Source of the DNA: Promethearchaeota archaeon
Lineage (GTDB): Archaea > Asgardarchaeota > Lokiarchaeia > Sigyniarchaeales > SOKP01
DNA length: 64,000 nt
Assembly: GCA_016839705.1 (NCBI GenBank)
Contig: JAEOTR010000014.1
Coordinates: forward strand, 63,294-127,293
Direction: 5' to 3'
Shown here piece after piece: positions 43,473 to 54,900 of the stretch; within the stretch, counting starts at the first letter, position 1, and every line of letters starts with the position of its first letter. The position numbers were made by a program, and so were the translations under genes. The notes below the pieces were generated by a model. It saw only the letters and a program-made list of their open reading frames with translations. It was not told the DNA's origin and did no database searches.

Positions 43473-43775
43473 TTACTGTGTAGTGGGAACATAAATTTTT
43501 AGTTTTAAGGTCGGATCCAGAAGTTTTATTAGTCCTTCTCCTTCATATTGTTTTATAAGAAGTTTTGCTGTTGAGACTCTTATATCAAATTTAAATGCGA
43601 GATCCGTCGGTAAGATTGATTTTTTCTTTGTAATATACTCTCTGATATCTTTTTCTACTTTTTTAGGAACAAAAGCATCTCTTTCAACGATATTGATTTG
43701 CTTAGATCTCCCGTATTTTCTCCTAAGATTTATCGTTGCTTTTCTAACTAGGAGTTTTTCTTCTTTCTCAGACAT
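43473..43775 (-). CDS. rps25e: ribosomal protein eS25
   Basis: Basic N-terminus and wHTH ILPTDLAFKFDIRVSTAKLLIKQYEGEGLIK. Confidence 0.75.
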   Translation of the reverse strand: MSEKEEKLLVRKATINLRRKYGRSKQINIVERDAFVPKKVEKDIREYITKKKSILPTDLAFKFDIRVSTAKLLIKQYEGEGLIKLLDPTLKLKIYVPTTQ

Positions 43776-43923
43776 ATTAGGTCAAATTTAATGAAACACA
43801 GTTTAAAAAATTAAAATAGAATGCAAATATAAATATTTAGAATTAAATAAAATTTTTGGTTTATTATTTAAAACCTAATTGATTTTATTTTAACAATGAA
43901 TTGAAAGAACTATTAAGATTTTA

Positions 43924-44565
43924 ATGAAATTGAACGGAGAATATGACTTCAACATAAAGAAGAAACGACCAGAGGAAGAATATGAAAAAGTCTCAGATTA
44001 TTTTAAGGGAAAAATCCTCACTCAGTATGCACACTCTAAAAGTATGATGAGGATACAACAAAAAATTACTAAAAGAGCTTTAGAATTATTGAGTCTTAAA
44101 AATAGAAACGCATTAATCTTAGATGCTGGTTGTGGACCCGGATTTGCTTCAATATATTTAAAAGAGATCGGATATAAGATAGTAGCACTTGATTTAATAT
44201 CAGAATTCTTGAGTTTTTATGAAATTAAAGATCTAAATCCTATTAACTCAGATATGTGTTTTCCTCCTTTTCGACCAAGCACTTTTGATGCAATTATTTC
44301 TATTTCAGCATTACAATGGATTTTTCGAGACGATAATAATAAATTGATGATTTCAATGCTAAAAAGTCTATTCCAAGCTTTTTTCCAAATTCTGAAGCCA
44401 ACTAGCAGAGTCCTTATGCAATTTTACCCAAAGAATAAGGAAATAATGGAAAAAATTGGAAAAATAATTACGAATCACACAGAATTTCATGGTCAGTTCA
44501 TAATAGATAACCCAAATAGCCAAAAAAAAAGGAAGATTTTTCTTTTGCTAAATAAGAAATCGTAA
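43924..44565 (+). CDS. Bud23/WBSCR22-like SSU rRNA m7G methyltransferase
   Basis: RPE...IQQKITKRALELL...ILDAGCGPG...PFRPSTFDAIISISALQW...QFYPKN...IDNPNSQKKRKIFL. Confidence 0.82.
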   Translation: MKLNGEYDFNIKKKRPEEEYEKVSDYFKGKILTQYAHSKSMMRIQQKITKRALELLSLKNRNALILDAGCGPGFASIYLKEIGYKIVALDLISEFLSFYEIKDLNPINSDMCFPPFRPSTFDAIISISALQWIFRDDNNKLMISMLKSLFQAFFQILKPTSRVLMQFYPKNKEIMEKIGKIITNHTEFHGQFIIDNPNSQKKRKIFLLLNKKS

Positions 44566-44719
44566 ATTTAAGATTTTTTTCTTTAAAAACAAGTGAATCT
44601 GCATATAAAATTACTAGTAGATTTTACCTTTATACATAATATTTTATTTATCTTCTGTTATAATATTGTTAAAAATTTATTACAAAATTTTAAAAATTTC
44701 AATTTAAAAAGATGATTTT

Positions 44720-47700
44720 ATGAATTTACGAAATATACATAAAATTCGATTAAAAAGAGTGTCATTACTCTTAACGTTGGTACTAACGATCCTTTTTCCA
44801 ACGTACTTGATAAATTTTTCTAATTTTACAGGGTTTTCAAAGAATATGAGTGAAAACAATGTCAAAGACAATGATTTTATTAATCCAAAGGATTTAAAAT
44901 TAAGTGTTTTTGGTTCTGCTCCTTGGTGGGATAGCTCATATGAATATCGAATATTGATCAATGTTACGAATACATATGGATACGATTTTACAAATTATGG
45001 GGTAGAGTTTTCGTTTAATTATGAAGAGTTAGTACAAGCTGGAAAAATGCAAGCTGATTTGGATGATGTTAGGATTGTAGAAAATGAAGATGTGCGAAAC
45101 TATTATATTATAAAAGATTACCCTTCGCAGGACTATGCTACAATATTTTTTGACACAGATATTTTAGCAAGTATGACAGAAACCGATACGTATATGTATT
45201 TCGGCAATGTTGCTGCTGTAAATGCAGAGGCTGATCAACCTAATGAGAGTTTTGGATGGGTAAAAAACGGAGATTTTGAGTTAGATATTGACTCTAGTGA
45301 TAAATTCGAACCTTATGGTTGGTATTTCTCACATAACCCCGTTGACGAAATAATGGGATTAGCAAATCCAACTCCAACCGAAATTAATAGTTCTGCAACG
45401 AGCTTCCAACTATTTGTAAATAAACTTATTAACACCCCCGCGGGGGGAGAACGAGTTGCAAATGGAAACTTTGCTTATAAATGGGGGACACCAGATACTA
45501 CTCTATCGGGAGGAAATATTAATGATTATGCAGGTACTCTTTTTACATATCCTTTCACGGTTCCAAATGTAGATGGGGGTATTTCTTTATCATTTTACCG
45601 AAATATTAGAACCTTTAGATTTGAAGAGCCAAAAAATCCTCCGGGTCCGGGTCCTATAGATATTGATGGCTATTTTATTAGAGTTTTGAACGGCTCTAAT
45701 GGTGTTTATGATACTAATCCAGATAATCATGATGATGACGATATTGATCCTACATATGGAAATTATGCTGAAGTTTATGATGGTCATGCTTGGTATAATC
45801 CATCATCGAAGAAATGGACTGACGACACAATGCTTAAAGACTTTTCAGTACATACTTTAATACACGATACTAAATCAGATTCCTCAGCAGATGGAGATTT
45901 GACGGGTTATTCAGAAATAGATCTAACTCCTTATATGGGAAAGGAAATATTTTTTGAAATTGGTGCGTGGGGTGACGAGTCGAATGCTGAGAGAAAACAA
46001 AAAGACGCCTTTTTCCAAGTGGATGATCTAAAATTTAATTACACACTCTCAACTTCTGCTAATGAGGTTCAGGCTAGAAAATCTGATGTAACTGTTATTG
46101 CAAGAGATATTGATGGAAGGATTGTTCCTAATGCAGAGATAATCATGATAAACAAATCATCTCAGGCAATAATATCCACAGGATTTACATCTGAACTAAA
46201 TGGATCAATCAGTTTTGATCAGTTACTTAATGGGGAATATAATATAACCGCAAATTACACTTTAGGTTCTAATGAGAATTATGTTGGAAGTATGTTAACC
46301 AACTTTTCTGGAAAAGAATATACTGTTGAAATCACACTAAACTTATGGACAATTGATTTTGAGATTGTTGATTGGGACGGAATTCCTTTAAGTTATGGAT
46401 TTATTGAAGTTAATGAAAGCATAAGTAAAGCATTTGTAGAAAAACTAACGTTAGATAGCAATGGAAAAGCAACATTTCGTTGGTTGTATACTCAGGATTA
46501 CTACATAAGAGTTTTTTATGAAAATGAGGACTACACGGGTACTCAATTTCTATTGAATGAATCTACTCTATACCGAAATATTTATGATCGAGTTGGAGCA
46601 AAATATCAAACTCAATCATTATGGGTAAATAATACAAACAGGAACTTAGTAGGTGAGAATTCCTATGCTGTTAGTGAGAGAGTTTATTCAAATGGTTCTC
46701 TAACTGATTTTGGAAACTCAAAACTCATTAAAGTTAATGTATCTTTAACTGATATGATTAACCAACTAGAAAATGTATACGTTTATTATATTGATAAAGA
46801 CAATTCTACAGGTACTGGTACTGAAAATCTAATTTACTTCGAAAACGGGTATGCTCCAGGAACATCAAGCGATTTTATTGAGTTAGATATACCTAAAGTT
46901 GATAATGTAAAATTACAGTCTGAAAAATTTGAGGCTTATGGATTGCTAATTGAAGTAAATGGAGTTAATTTTACTCAATGTGACGGAAACATAAAAATTG
47001 ATACAATTGAAACATGTAATATCTATAATAGAACTCATCTTGCTCGAATGGATATTAAGGTAGTTAATATCAATCCCTTAACACCGGAAGGGGCACCTTT
47101 AGATACAATAATTAAAGTAACTAATAATGCGACTGGTGAATCCATAATAAATTTGACATCAAATTCAGGAAGAGAGGGCTTAGCCTTTGGTCAAATTAAT
47201 GATATACCATTTTGGTTTTTCAAGGATAGAGTGTATAACTTTTCAATAGATGTTATTAATATAACGAATGTGGAATTTAATGTCTCAGCGATGTCACCTG
47301 TAGATCAATGGCGTCCCACAAGTAGTGCAGGAGTTAATTGGTACAATTATACTTTATATGGAGGAGCCTCATTGACATTTAATGTAATATTTTCTCAAGA
47401 CATAAATATAAGTAATTATATTACATCTTTTTTCAATACTACAGGAACAGAAGTTGTTTTCTGGGGTGAAGATTTGATTTTCTCGACTGATTTCAGATTC
47501 AGTGTGGATGATGCACAGTCTTGGTCTCCTGTAATAAGTCCCGATGCAGATTGTTTTGTGTATATTAGAAATGTCGGATCAGAAATAAATTTAATAGCAG
47601 AAGAAATGGTTCATTTAGGCTCGGGAAATTACTCTATAACAATAAATTCAAATCTTTTATCAGCAGGAGGAGATTCTAATTACTACTCTGTAAAAATTGA

Positions 47701-49117
47701 AGGGTTTTATCCCGGATATCCCGATCCTAGTCTAGAAAACATATTAATTCAAGTGAAATCGATCCCTACAGAAATTAAATCATATGACTATGACTCATTG
47801 ACAGAATTACAAGGAGATTCTCTTACTGCTTACTATGATGAACTGATCAATATAACAATTAGATATTCAATTGCTGGATCTGGGAATCCACTAAATAATT
47901 CTCTTCTCAGTTATGACTGGATAGGTCTTGGTCCAATTAGTTTCTCTTCTGATCCTTTAAACAGTGGTTATTATACATTTATAATTAATACAGCAGATGC
48001 TCAGAGTACAGGGTTAAAAGTTATTAGTATTACTGCATTTCTTGAAAACTACACATCGCAGGAAAATTTTCTAATTTATCTTAACATTCTTCAAAGACGA
48101 ACCACACTTAATGATAACAGTGATTTAGTATACATGAGTCCGTTGATATGGGTTCAAGATACTCATTATTATACATTTACTTATAGAGACGCTAATACAT
48201 TAGATATTATCGGTGATTTAAATATAAAAACTTTTAGTTGGTATGAATTAGATGAATTTGGTGATCGAATCCCTGGAAATCAAGGTACGGGAACACTTAT
48301 TCAAAACTTGAATAAAACTTATTACGTGGATTTTGATACTGAATTAAAGCACGTTGGATTTTATTTCTTTCATATTACACTTCAAAAGGAAAATTATGAA
48401 CCAAGATTTGCCTATATAAATCTCCAGATTAAACTAAGAGAATTCGAGGTTTCCTTAGAAGGTACAGAACCTACTGTGGGAAATAACAACCAAATTAGAG
48501 TAGCTCAAGGAGCAGATGTATTATTTGAAATTAGTTTAATAGATCTTACACGTGGAAATATAGCCTTAGAAAATGCTCAAATTACATTGAATCTTGGGGG
48601 TATTGATTATAGTTTTAATGGATCTCTAGGGATATACACTCGAACCTTTAGAACTAATGCAATTGACACTTTCATCACTTCAAAAACATTAGCGGGTAAA
48701 ATAACGGTTGAAATGGATAATTTTACAACTCAAGAAATTTCAATTACCGTAATTGTTGCAATGGAAGAAATCTTTTCAGGAATGCCAACATTCTACTTTA
48801 TTCTGATTATAGCATCAGTAATAGGTGTTGTAGGAAGTATCGTAGGGTATCGAGTCATCCAACAAGCAAGAATTCCTAAACATGTGAAAAAGATTAGGAA
48901 ACTTAAAAGTGCAATAAAATCTAAGAAGAAAATTGCTGACACATTCGCAATTCCATCAAAAGCAGAAATGATAGCAAAATTATTCGGGGATGATTGGAAA
49001 GAGCTAGGTCTTTCAATTAACGAAACTTTAGGAATTAAAGATCTAAAATCAAAGAAGCCACCAGTTAATGATAAGATAGTTAAAGATAAATTCAATGAAG
49101 GAGGTCAGATTGAATAA
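44720..49117 (+). CDS. large single-pass surface (glyco)protein: signal peptide, DUF2341-like domain, beta-sandwich repeats, TM, cytoplasmic tail
   Basis: Hydrophobic N-terminus, PWWDSSYEYRILINVTN...DVRIV...YMYFGN, many NxS/T sequons, TM at ~48791-48850, ~88-aa tail. Confidence 0.85.
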   Translation: MNLRNIHKIRLKRVSLLLTLVLTILFPTYLINFSNFTGFSKNMSENNVKDNDFINPKDLKLSVFGSAPWWDSSYEYRILINVTNTYGYDFTNYGVEFSFNYEELVQAGKMQADLDDVRIVENEDVRNYYIIKDYPSQDYATIFFDTDILASMTETDTYMYFGNVAAVNAEADQPNESFGWVKNGDFELDIDSSDKFEPYGWYFSHNPVDEIMGLANPTPTEINSSATSFQLFVNKLINTPAGGERVANGNFAYKWGTPDTTLSGGNINDYAGTLFTYPFTVPNVDGGISLSFYRNIRTFRFEEPKNPPGPGPIDIDGYFIRVLNGSNGVYDTNPDNHDDDDIDPTYGNYAEVYDGHAWYNPSSKKWTDDTMLKDFSVHTLIHDTKSDSSADGDLTGYSEIDLTPYMGKEIFFEIGAWGDESNAERKQKDAFFQVDDLKFNYTLSTSANEVQARKSDVTVIARDIDGRIVPNAEIIMINKSSQAIISTGFTSELNGSISFDQLLNGEYNITANYTLGSNENYVGSMLTNFSGKEYTVEITLNLWTIDFEIVDWDGIPLSYGFIEVNESISKAFVEKLTLDSNGKATFRWLYTQDYYIRVFYENEDYTGTQFLLNESTLYRNIYDRVGAKYQTQSLWVNNTNRNLVGENSYAVSERVYSNGSLTDFGNSKLIKVNVSLTDMINQLENVYVYYIDKDNSTGTGTENLIYFENGYAPGTSSDFIELDIPKVDNVKLQSEKFEAYGLLIEVNGVNFTQCDGNIKIDTIETCNIYNRTHLARMDIKVVNINPLTPEGAPLDTIIKVTNNATGESIINLTSNSGREGLAFGQINDIPFWFFKDRVYNFSIDVINITNVEFNVSAMSPVDQWRPTSSAGVNWYNYTLYGGASLTFNVIFSQDINISNYITSFFNTTGTEVVFWGEDLIFSTDFRFSVDDAQSWSPVISPDADCFVYIRNVGSEINLIAEEMVHLGSGNYSITINSNLLSAGGDSNYYSVKIEGFYPGYPDPSLENILIQVKSIPTEIKSYDYDSLTELQGDSLTAYYDELINITIRYSIAGSGNPLNNSLLSYDWIGLGPISFSSDPLNSGYYTFIINTADAQSTGLKVISITAFLENYTSQENFLIYLNILQRRTTLNDNSDLVYMSPLIWVQDTHYYTFTYRDANTLDIIGDLNIKTFSWYELDEFGDRIPGNQGTGTLIQNLNKTYYVDFDTELKHVGFYFFHITLQKENYEPRFAYINLQIKLREFEVSLEGTEPTVGNNNQIRVAQGADVLFEISLIDLTRGNIALENAQITLNLGGIDYSFNGSLGIYTRTFRTNAIDTFITSKTLAGKITVEMDNFTTQEISITVIVAMEEIFSGMPTFYFILIIASVIGVVGSIVGYRVIQQARIPKHVKKIRKLKSAIKSKKKIADTFAIPSKAEMIAKLFGDDWKELGLSINETLGIKDLKSKKPPVNDKIVKDKFNEGGQIE

Positions 49118-50226
49118 TGCCAATTGGATTAGTAATAATGAGATGGGATATAAAAGTTAGCACGGAGATCCTTGCAAAATATCCCGATGAGCTCGTAATA
49201 ACCGAGGAAACCTTAATGCAAATATATGCCGCTCATGAATATACAGGGGAGCCGGGAATGATTAGTTTACTTGTTGGCCCATTAAATATTGCTTCATATT
49301 ATACCGGTAGAGAAAAACCTCTTTATATTATTCTGCTTTTAAACCTAGATGAAGATGCTGATGCGTATGAAGGGGGATTATCTGATATATCACGTGTGAT
49401 TTTTCAAAATTATGAAGATAATGCATATTTAGAGATGATCCCATTCCTATTCCAACGTCTTTCAACCTATCCTTATTTAAATGAGGAGCAAAGTTTAGCG
49501 ATTACATACCTTGATAACGTAAACAGATTAATCATAAATAGATTAAGAGACGAAGGTGTGATTTCAAAATCAGAGTTAAAAATTTGGTTAAAGGATAGGT
49601 ATAGAGAGGGCTTTTTCGATGTAGATGCTATTTTAATGGAACTAATCAAAAAGGAGATAGTGAAAGAAGCATCTGTTAAGGGGATGCCTTCAGAACTAAT
49701 CTTTCTTATAAATGATTTATTTATGATTCGCCGACCACCAATTTCTTTACTAAAGAATCCTTCTGAGAGAGGACTCCCTGAGAGATTTGTAGAGGAGTAT
49801 AAAGTGGCAATTCGGAAATTCTTCCAAAAGTATCGACCTTCAGATGATGACAATCTTAAAATTTTAGATAGCGTAATAGCTGATCCTCAAGTATATGAAA
49901 TTCTGAAACTATTAAGAATCTCGATTGTTACGAAAAATGTTTTAGAGAAGCTTCGAAAAAAGGGGGTTGATGATATCGATGATGGGTTGAAAAAGCTATG
50001 GGATAATCAAATGATACACGTATTTCAAGATACTAAGGGAAATGAATACTATGCACTACTTACAGATTTTTATAACTCTTTAGTATATCCTAAATACATG
50101 ATAAACACAATAATTCATCAATATACTGTAAAATCCAAATCAAATTCTGTTCTTATTGAATATCTCAATGTATTGGACGATAGCTATAAACCAGCTAAAG
50201 TAAATGTAGAAGAAAACGAAGATTAA
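49117..50226 (+). CDS. longin/uDENN-like plus winged-helix-like protein (copy 1)
   Basis: GLVIMRWD....TEILAKYP N-terminus; TAATG overlap with upstream gene. Confidence 0.7.
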   Translation: MPIGLVIMRWDIKVSTEILAKYPDELVITEETLMQIYAAHEYTGEPGMISLLVGPLNIASYYTGREKPLYIILLLNLDEDADAYEGGLSDISRVIFQNYEDNAYLEMIPFLFQRLSTYPYLNEEQSLAITYLDNVNRLIINRLRDEGVISKSELKIWLKDRYREGFFDVDAILMELIKKEIVKEASVKGMPSELIFLINDLFMIRRPPISLLKNPSERGLPERFVEEYKVAIRKFFQKYRPSDDDNLKILDSVIADPQVYEILKLLRISIVTKNVLEKLRKKGVDDIDDGLKKLWDNQMIHVFQDTKGNEYYALLTDFYNSLVYPKYMINTIIHQYTVKSKSNSVLIEYLNVLDDSYKPAKVNVEENED

Positions 50227-50327
50227 ACATATTTATTTTTTATTCTTATTTTTGTTTTAATTAATTTTACTAGAGTGAAGAAGTATATAATCTCGAAAAA
50301 AAGAGAAAAATTTCAAAATTAGCTTAT

Positions 50328-51359
50328 TTATTGGTTTATATAACTTTTCAATTTAGTGGCTTTTTCATAGAACTCTTTATAAAGTAAGTCATCTCCCAGT
50401 TCAAGGCATAGATCTGAAATCTTTTCAAAATATTCTGCTGTTTGGGCAATGTCTCCATTTTCAAGGCAACTTCTAGCTTTATTTATCAATTGATCTCTTT
50501 CAAATAATGGTTTTAGTAAGGGTGAAGCATCTGTATTAATTTCTAAAATATCTGCAATAATCTGTATCATCTTTTCGCGGTTTGCAGAATCGATTGCTAC
50601 CATTGAATATGTTTTCAAACTTAAAATTTCTTGTATATTTTGAACGGTTAATGCCCCTGGTAAGTCTTGTTTATTCCCAATTATCGCTGTGTGAGCATAA
50701 GGAGCATGTTCTTTAATTAATTCAATAAAGAACTTACTTTTTTCAACATTTTCTAAGGTAGAGTCTGTAATAATAAGAACTGCATCACTCCCAAGAATAA
50801 AGTCATTCCATAAATAGCTAAATTGCTCTTGTCCTGCGAAATCCCATAAATGGAAATATAATTTTCCGATTTTAACTGTAGAAATCTTCCCCGTTATAGT
50901 AGGAATATGTATAGAAGGAATTTCATCAGCACAAATCAATTTAGTGGAAGTTGTTTTCCCTACTCCTGAAAAGCCCACTAGCGAGATTTTAGTTTTAAGA
51001 TTTCTATGGGTTGTATCTATAATAGGGTCAAGTACTTCCATAAGTACCGGATCCAGATTTTCTAGATTATCTCCAAATGTTTCTAAAAACTCTTTCTTTA
51101 ATTTTTCTAATTCTATTTTAGTTCTGTTTGAGTCATCATTAATATCAGTTATGAACATAAAAACTAATCTATCTTCTTTTACTAGTGAATAAACAATTTT
51201 AAATTTAAAAAAATCATAACTATCCAAATTTGTACCCTTTTCTGTTTCTTCTAAAATCTCTTGATATAATTTCTGAAAATCTTCAACAGAGAGCGACTTC
51301 CCAAAATTCTTGTTATACAGAATATTATCGTCTTTTAAAATGTATACTTGTCTTAACAT
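50328..51359 (-). CDS. longin-like + small GTPase + C-terminal helical (TPR/MIT-like) protein
   Basis: GFSGVGKTT, HIPTI, WDFAGQE, GNKQD after a ~120-aa N-terminal domain. Confidence 0.87.
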   Translation of the reverse strand: MLRQVYILKDDNILYNKNFGKSLSVEDFQKLYQEILEETEKGTNLDSYDFFKFKIVYSLVKEDRLVFMFITDINDDSNRTKIELEKLKKEFLETFGDNLENLDPVLMEVLDPIIDTTHRNLKTKISLVGFSGVGKTTSTKLICADEIPSIHIPTITGKISTVKIGKLYFHLWDFAGQEQFSYLWNDFILGSDAVLIITDSTLENVEKSKFFIELIKEHAPYAHTAIIGNKQDLPGALTVQNIQEILSLKTYSMVAIDSANREKMIQIIADILEINTDASPLLKPLFERDQLINKARSCLENGDIAQTAEYFEKISDLCLELGDDLLYKEFYEKATKLKSYINQ

Positions 51360-51904
51360 TATTTCTTACCTATTTATAATTAAATTGAAATAAAAAAATC
51401 TTAATCATTTCAATTTCAGTATAAAAAATTCGAAATTTTTACTTGATCCTTCAATCTAAATTAAAATATTTAAATTTTTAGGATTATTAAAACGTGAGAT
51501 ACAGTAGAAAGAAGTTGTATACCTATTCAAGTTAAAAAGAAATTTGAAGCTTATTTAAGAAATTAAATATATAGTACAATTTTATTTTTGTTTTATCGGA
51601 GCGAATATTTATTGATTAGTAAACATCTGAATTTTGATAATAAAAAGAGGGTGATCTCTCTCAAAATAAAGTGTTTTGAATTATACAGGTGTCTAATCAA
51701 ATTGAATGCTGAAAATTTTAAAAAGAAAAAATCATTTCAATGAGTTTCACGCAATTTGAATAATATTATCTAAAAACTTTACAACAATTTTTTTTCTTTG
51801 AGTGTTTTGTATGTAAAATTTGTTATCAGAAAATAAAAGATTAAATATCAAAATTAGTATTATTATTGAAAACCTTTATTTAAAATAAGAATTTCAAACA
51901 AATT

Positions 51905-54900
51905 TTGAAAAAAAATGATGATGAAGATAAAATGAAAAACATAAATAAAAACATTAAACATAGAATTACGACTAGTTTCTTATTGATTCTTACTATTGGT
52001 ACAATTTTCTTTGTAACTCCATTAATTTACAATAATAGTTTGAACACCACTGATAATAACTCGGATAAATATGAAGAAAGCTTAACATTACCAGTAATTA
52101 GTAATGGTATTGGCGAAGATCCGTGGTGGAATGCATCTTATCAATGGAGACAATGCATTAATATTACGAATCCAGGAGCCTACAATATAACTGATAATTA
52201 TGTTAGTATAGAATTTGACTATACAGTATTAAGAGATAATTATAACATGGATCCTGACTTATATGATGTTAGAATTGTAGAAAACAATGCTGTCAGAAAT
52301 TATCATGTAAAAAAAGATTTTCCCTCAAATGGTATTGCAACTATCTGGTTTGAAACAAACTCTACGTTAGCTACTTCAGAATATGACACGTATATGTACT
52401 GGGGCAACGCATCTATAAATGATCGCGGGATAAATCATGTGAGTTATGATCCTTCTGGAACTTCGTGGTGGAGTTTTGAGGAGGGTTCTGGTGCCTATGG
52501 AGATACTGTTGTTGATTCATTAAATTTTGCCAATGCCACACTCTGGGGTACAGGTAGTAGTTATTCACCAGATTATGATATTGATAGTGCTGTGGGTTCA
52601 TATTCTCTGAACTTCAACGGTAACAATGATTTCATTTATGTAAACGATGAGTTGCATTTTACTGACCCAAATGAAATTTCCACGGTAACAGTTAGTTGTT
52701 GGTTTAAGACATCATATATCAGTGGAGGTTGGACTGATAATTGGGCTTTTTTTGATTTTGATAGATCTGAATATTTCAACTTTTATATCGATCCAACGGA
52801 TGGAAGCATTGGATTTGCTACCGCAGCTTCTGGATATGGAATTCATGATTTTTCTAGTATCACTACTGGATTAAACGACGGTGAATGGCATTTTGCCACT
52901 GTTGTGTATGATGGTTCAGATAAAATAATTTATATCGATAATGGTGTAGAAGATAGAAGATCCGTAAGTGCTATGGGAGATAGAGCTATTGGCACGGGTA
53001 CAGATAGATGGGGATTTTTCGGGGATGGTTCTGAGGCTTCTAGCGTAAATGGGGGTAGAAATAATCGATATTACTCAGGAAATATAGATGAAATCAGGTA
53101 TTTTGAGTATGCAGTTGCTCCAGACGAAATCGATTGGTTAGCAAATTATTACGAAATTCAAACTGATTTATTGCCTGTAACAGAACGAGCGGCAAGTGTC
53201 ACTATCATTGTGGAAGATATAGATGGTCGAAGAGTTCCAGGTGCAGAAGTCTCTTTATGGGATAACTTAACACATATATTGGAAGTCGGAAGCACAACAT
53301 ATACAGAGTATACTGCATCAGATGGTACAGTATCATTTACAAAAGTTCCATTTGGATTTTATAACATTACAGTCAATTATACATTAAATAGTGGATTATA
53401 TGAAAATATTGTCTATGACGGTCGTATAAACCCTGCAGATGAAGTAGAATTTAAGGGTTTAACTGCTATAACAAATGTTACTGTTGATCTATGGACTATA
53501 GATTTTGATGTTGAAGATTGGGATGGAGATCCATTAAATTATGGATATGTAAATATGAGTGCTGGTGCTAGTGAAGTTTTAGAATCTTTAACCTTAGATT
53601 CTGCTGGTGAAACGACTTTTCGTTGGCTAAATAGATCTAGTTATAACTATACAATATACTATGATAATCCCGACTATACAATACAAAATCCTACTTCACT
53701 AAATGCTAGTATAATTAACCGTGCAGGAATAATGAATTACACTGAATCTGTGATAACAATCTTATCAAAATTAGATATACGTATAATGGACAATACGGGA
53801 ACAGAAAGTGTAACCGGTGTAACTGTTAAAGTACAATTAAATAATACGAGCACTGATGTAGTAGAATTACAAACAGATACTACGGGATATGCTTATGGAG
53901 ATCTAACAAAAGATTTCGGATTTTGGTATAAAACAGGACTGGTTTACAATTTCAGTCTATGGATTATTGGTCAACAACAAAATTTCAAAGTCAACACATC
54001 AGATAAATGGAAACCCATACTTACAGATTATTATAATTATACATTAGATCAAGCATCTACTTTAGTATTTTTCTTGGATGGTTTGAACTTTACTGAAAGA
54101 ATCGCTAATTTTACAGATTGGGGTGGAACCACTGAGGTTGTCTGGGGAGAAGACATGTCTTTCTGGGTATTATATGAAACATCGAATAATAGTGGGTTGA
54201 ATTGGACAGGTGATTGGAATCGAGATGGTTTCTCAACGAATGCAATGTGGACGATTTATTCAAAATCCGGACAAAAGATATATGAACAACCAATGGTTCA
54301 TGCGTCAGGTCCAACTGGGAATTTTACAATTACGATAAACTCTAATTTTCTTTCAGCAGGTGATGGTTCCGAGTTTTATTTTGCCCTTGTGTCTGGTTAT
54401 AAGCCTTTCTGGAATGATCCTATTGACCAGTATTTTGGGATTACTGTAAAGGCAAAAGTAGCAGGTCTAACTCTACACAATTATACAGTTGTAGCTCAGG
54501 AATTGTCTAAAAACATAGCACTTGAATATGAAATTTCGGAGTATTATGGGAATATTATCAATGTTGCAGCAAGATATTATGATGATATAACTAAGGGAGC
54601 TTTAGTACCTGATACATTTACTTATGATTGGGATTATGGTTCAGGAACATTAGTATCGGGACCTGTAGCAGAATATTACTATTTTAGTTTTGATACAACA
54701 CTTGCTACAAATGTTGGGAAATATAGAATAGATATTTCAGTAAGTCGAGAGAATTATTCGATGATTGAAAACTTTGGGATATATATTAATATCATTTCAA
54801 GACCTACGACTATAAATGGTTCTTCTGGATTACTATATGTTTCTGAGGATATTTTTATTTTTGAAGAAAAATCTTTTGCTTTTAACTATATAGATTATTT

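Noticed and set aside
51360-51904. Structured ncRNA in the long intergenic region between the GTPase and the second surface protein
   Set aside because: AT-rich with only short hairpins; consistent with divergent promoters
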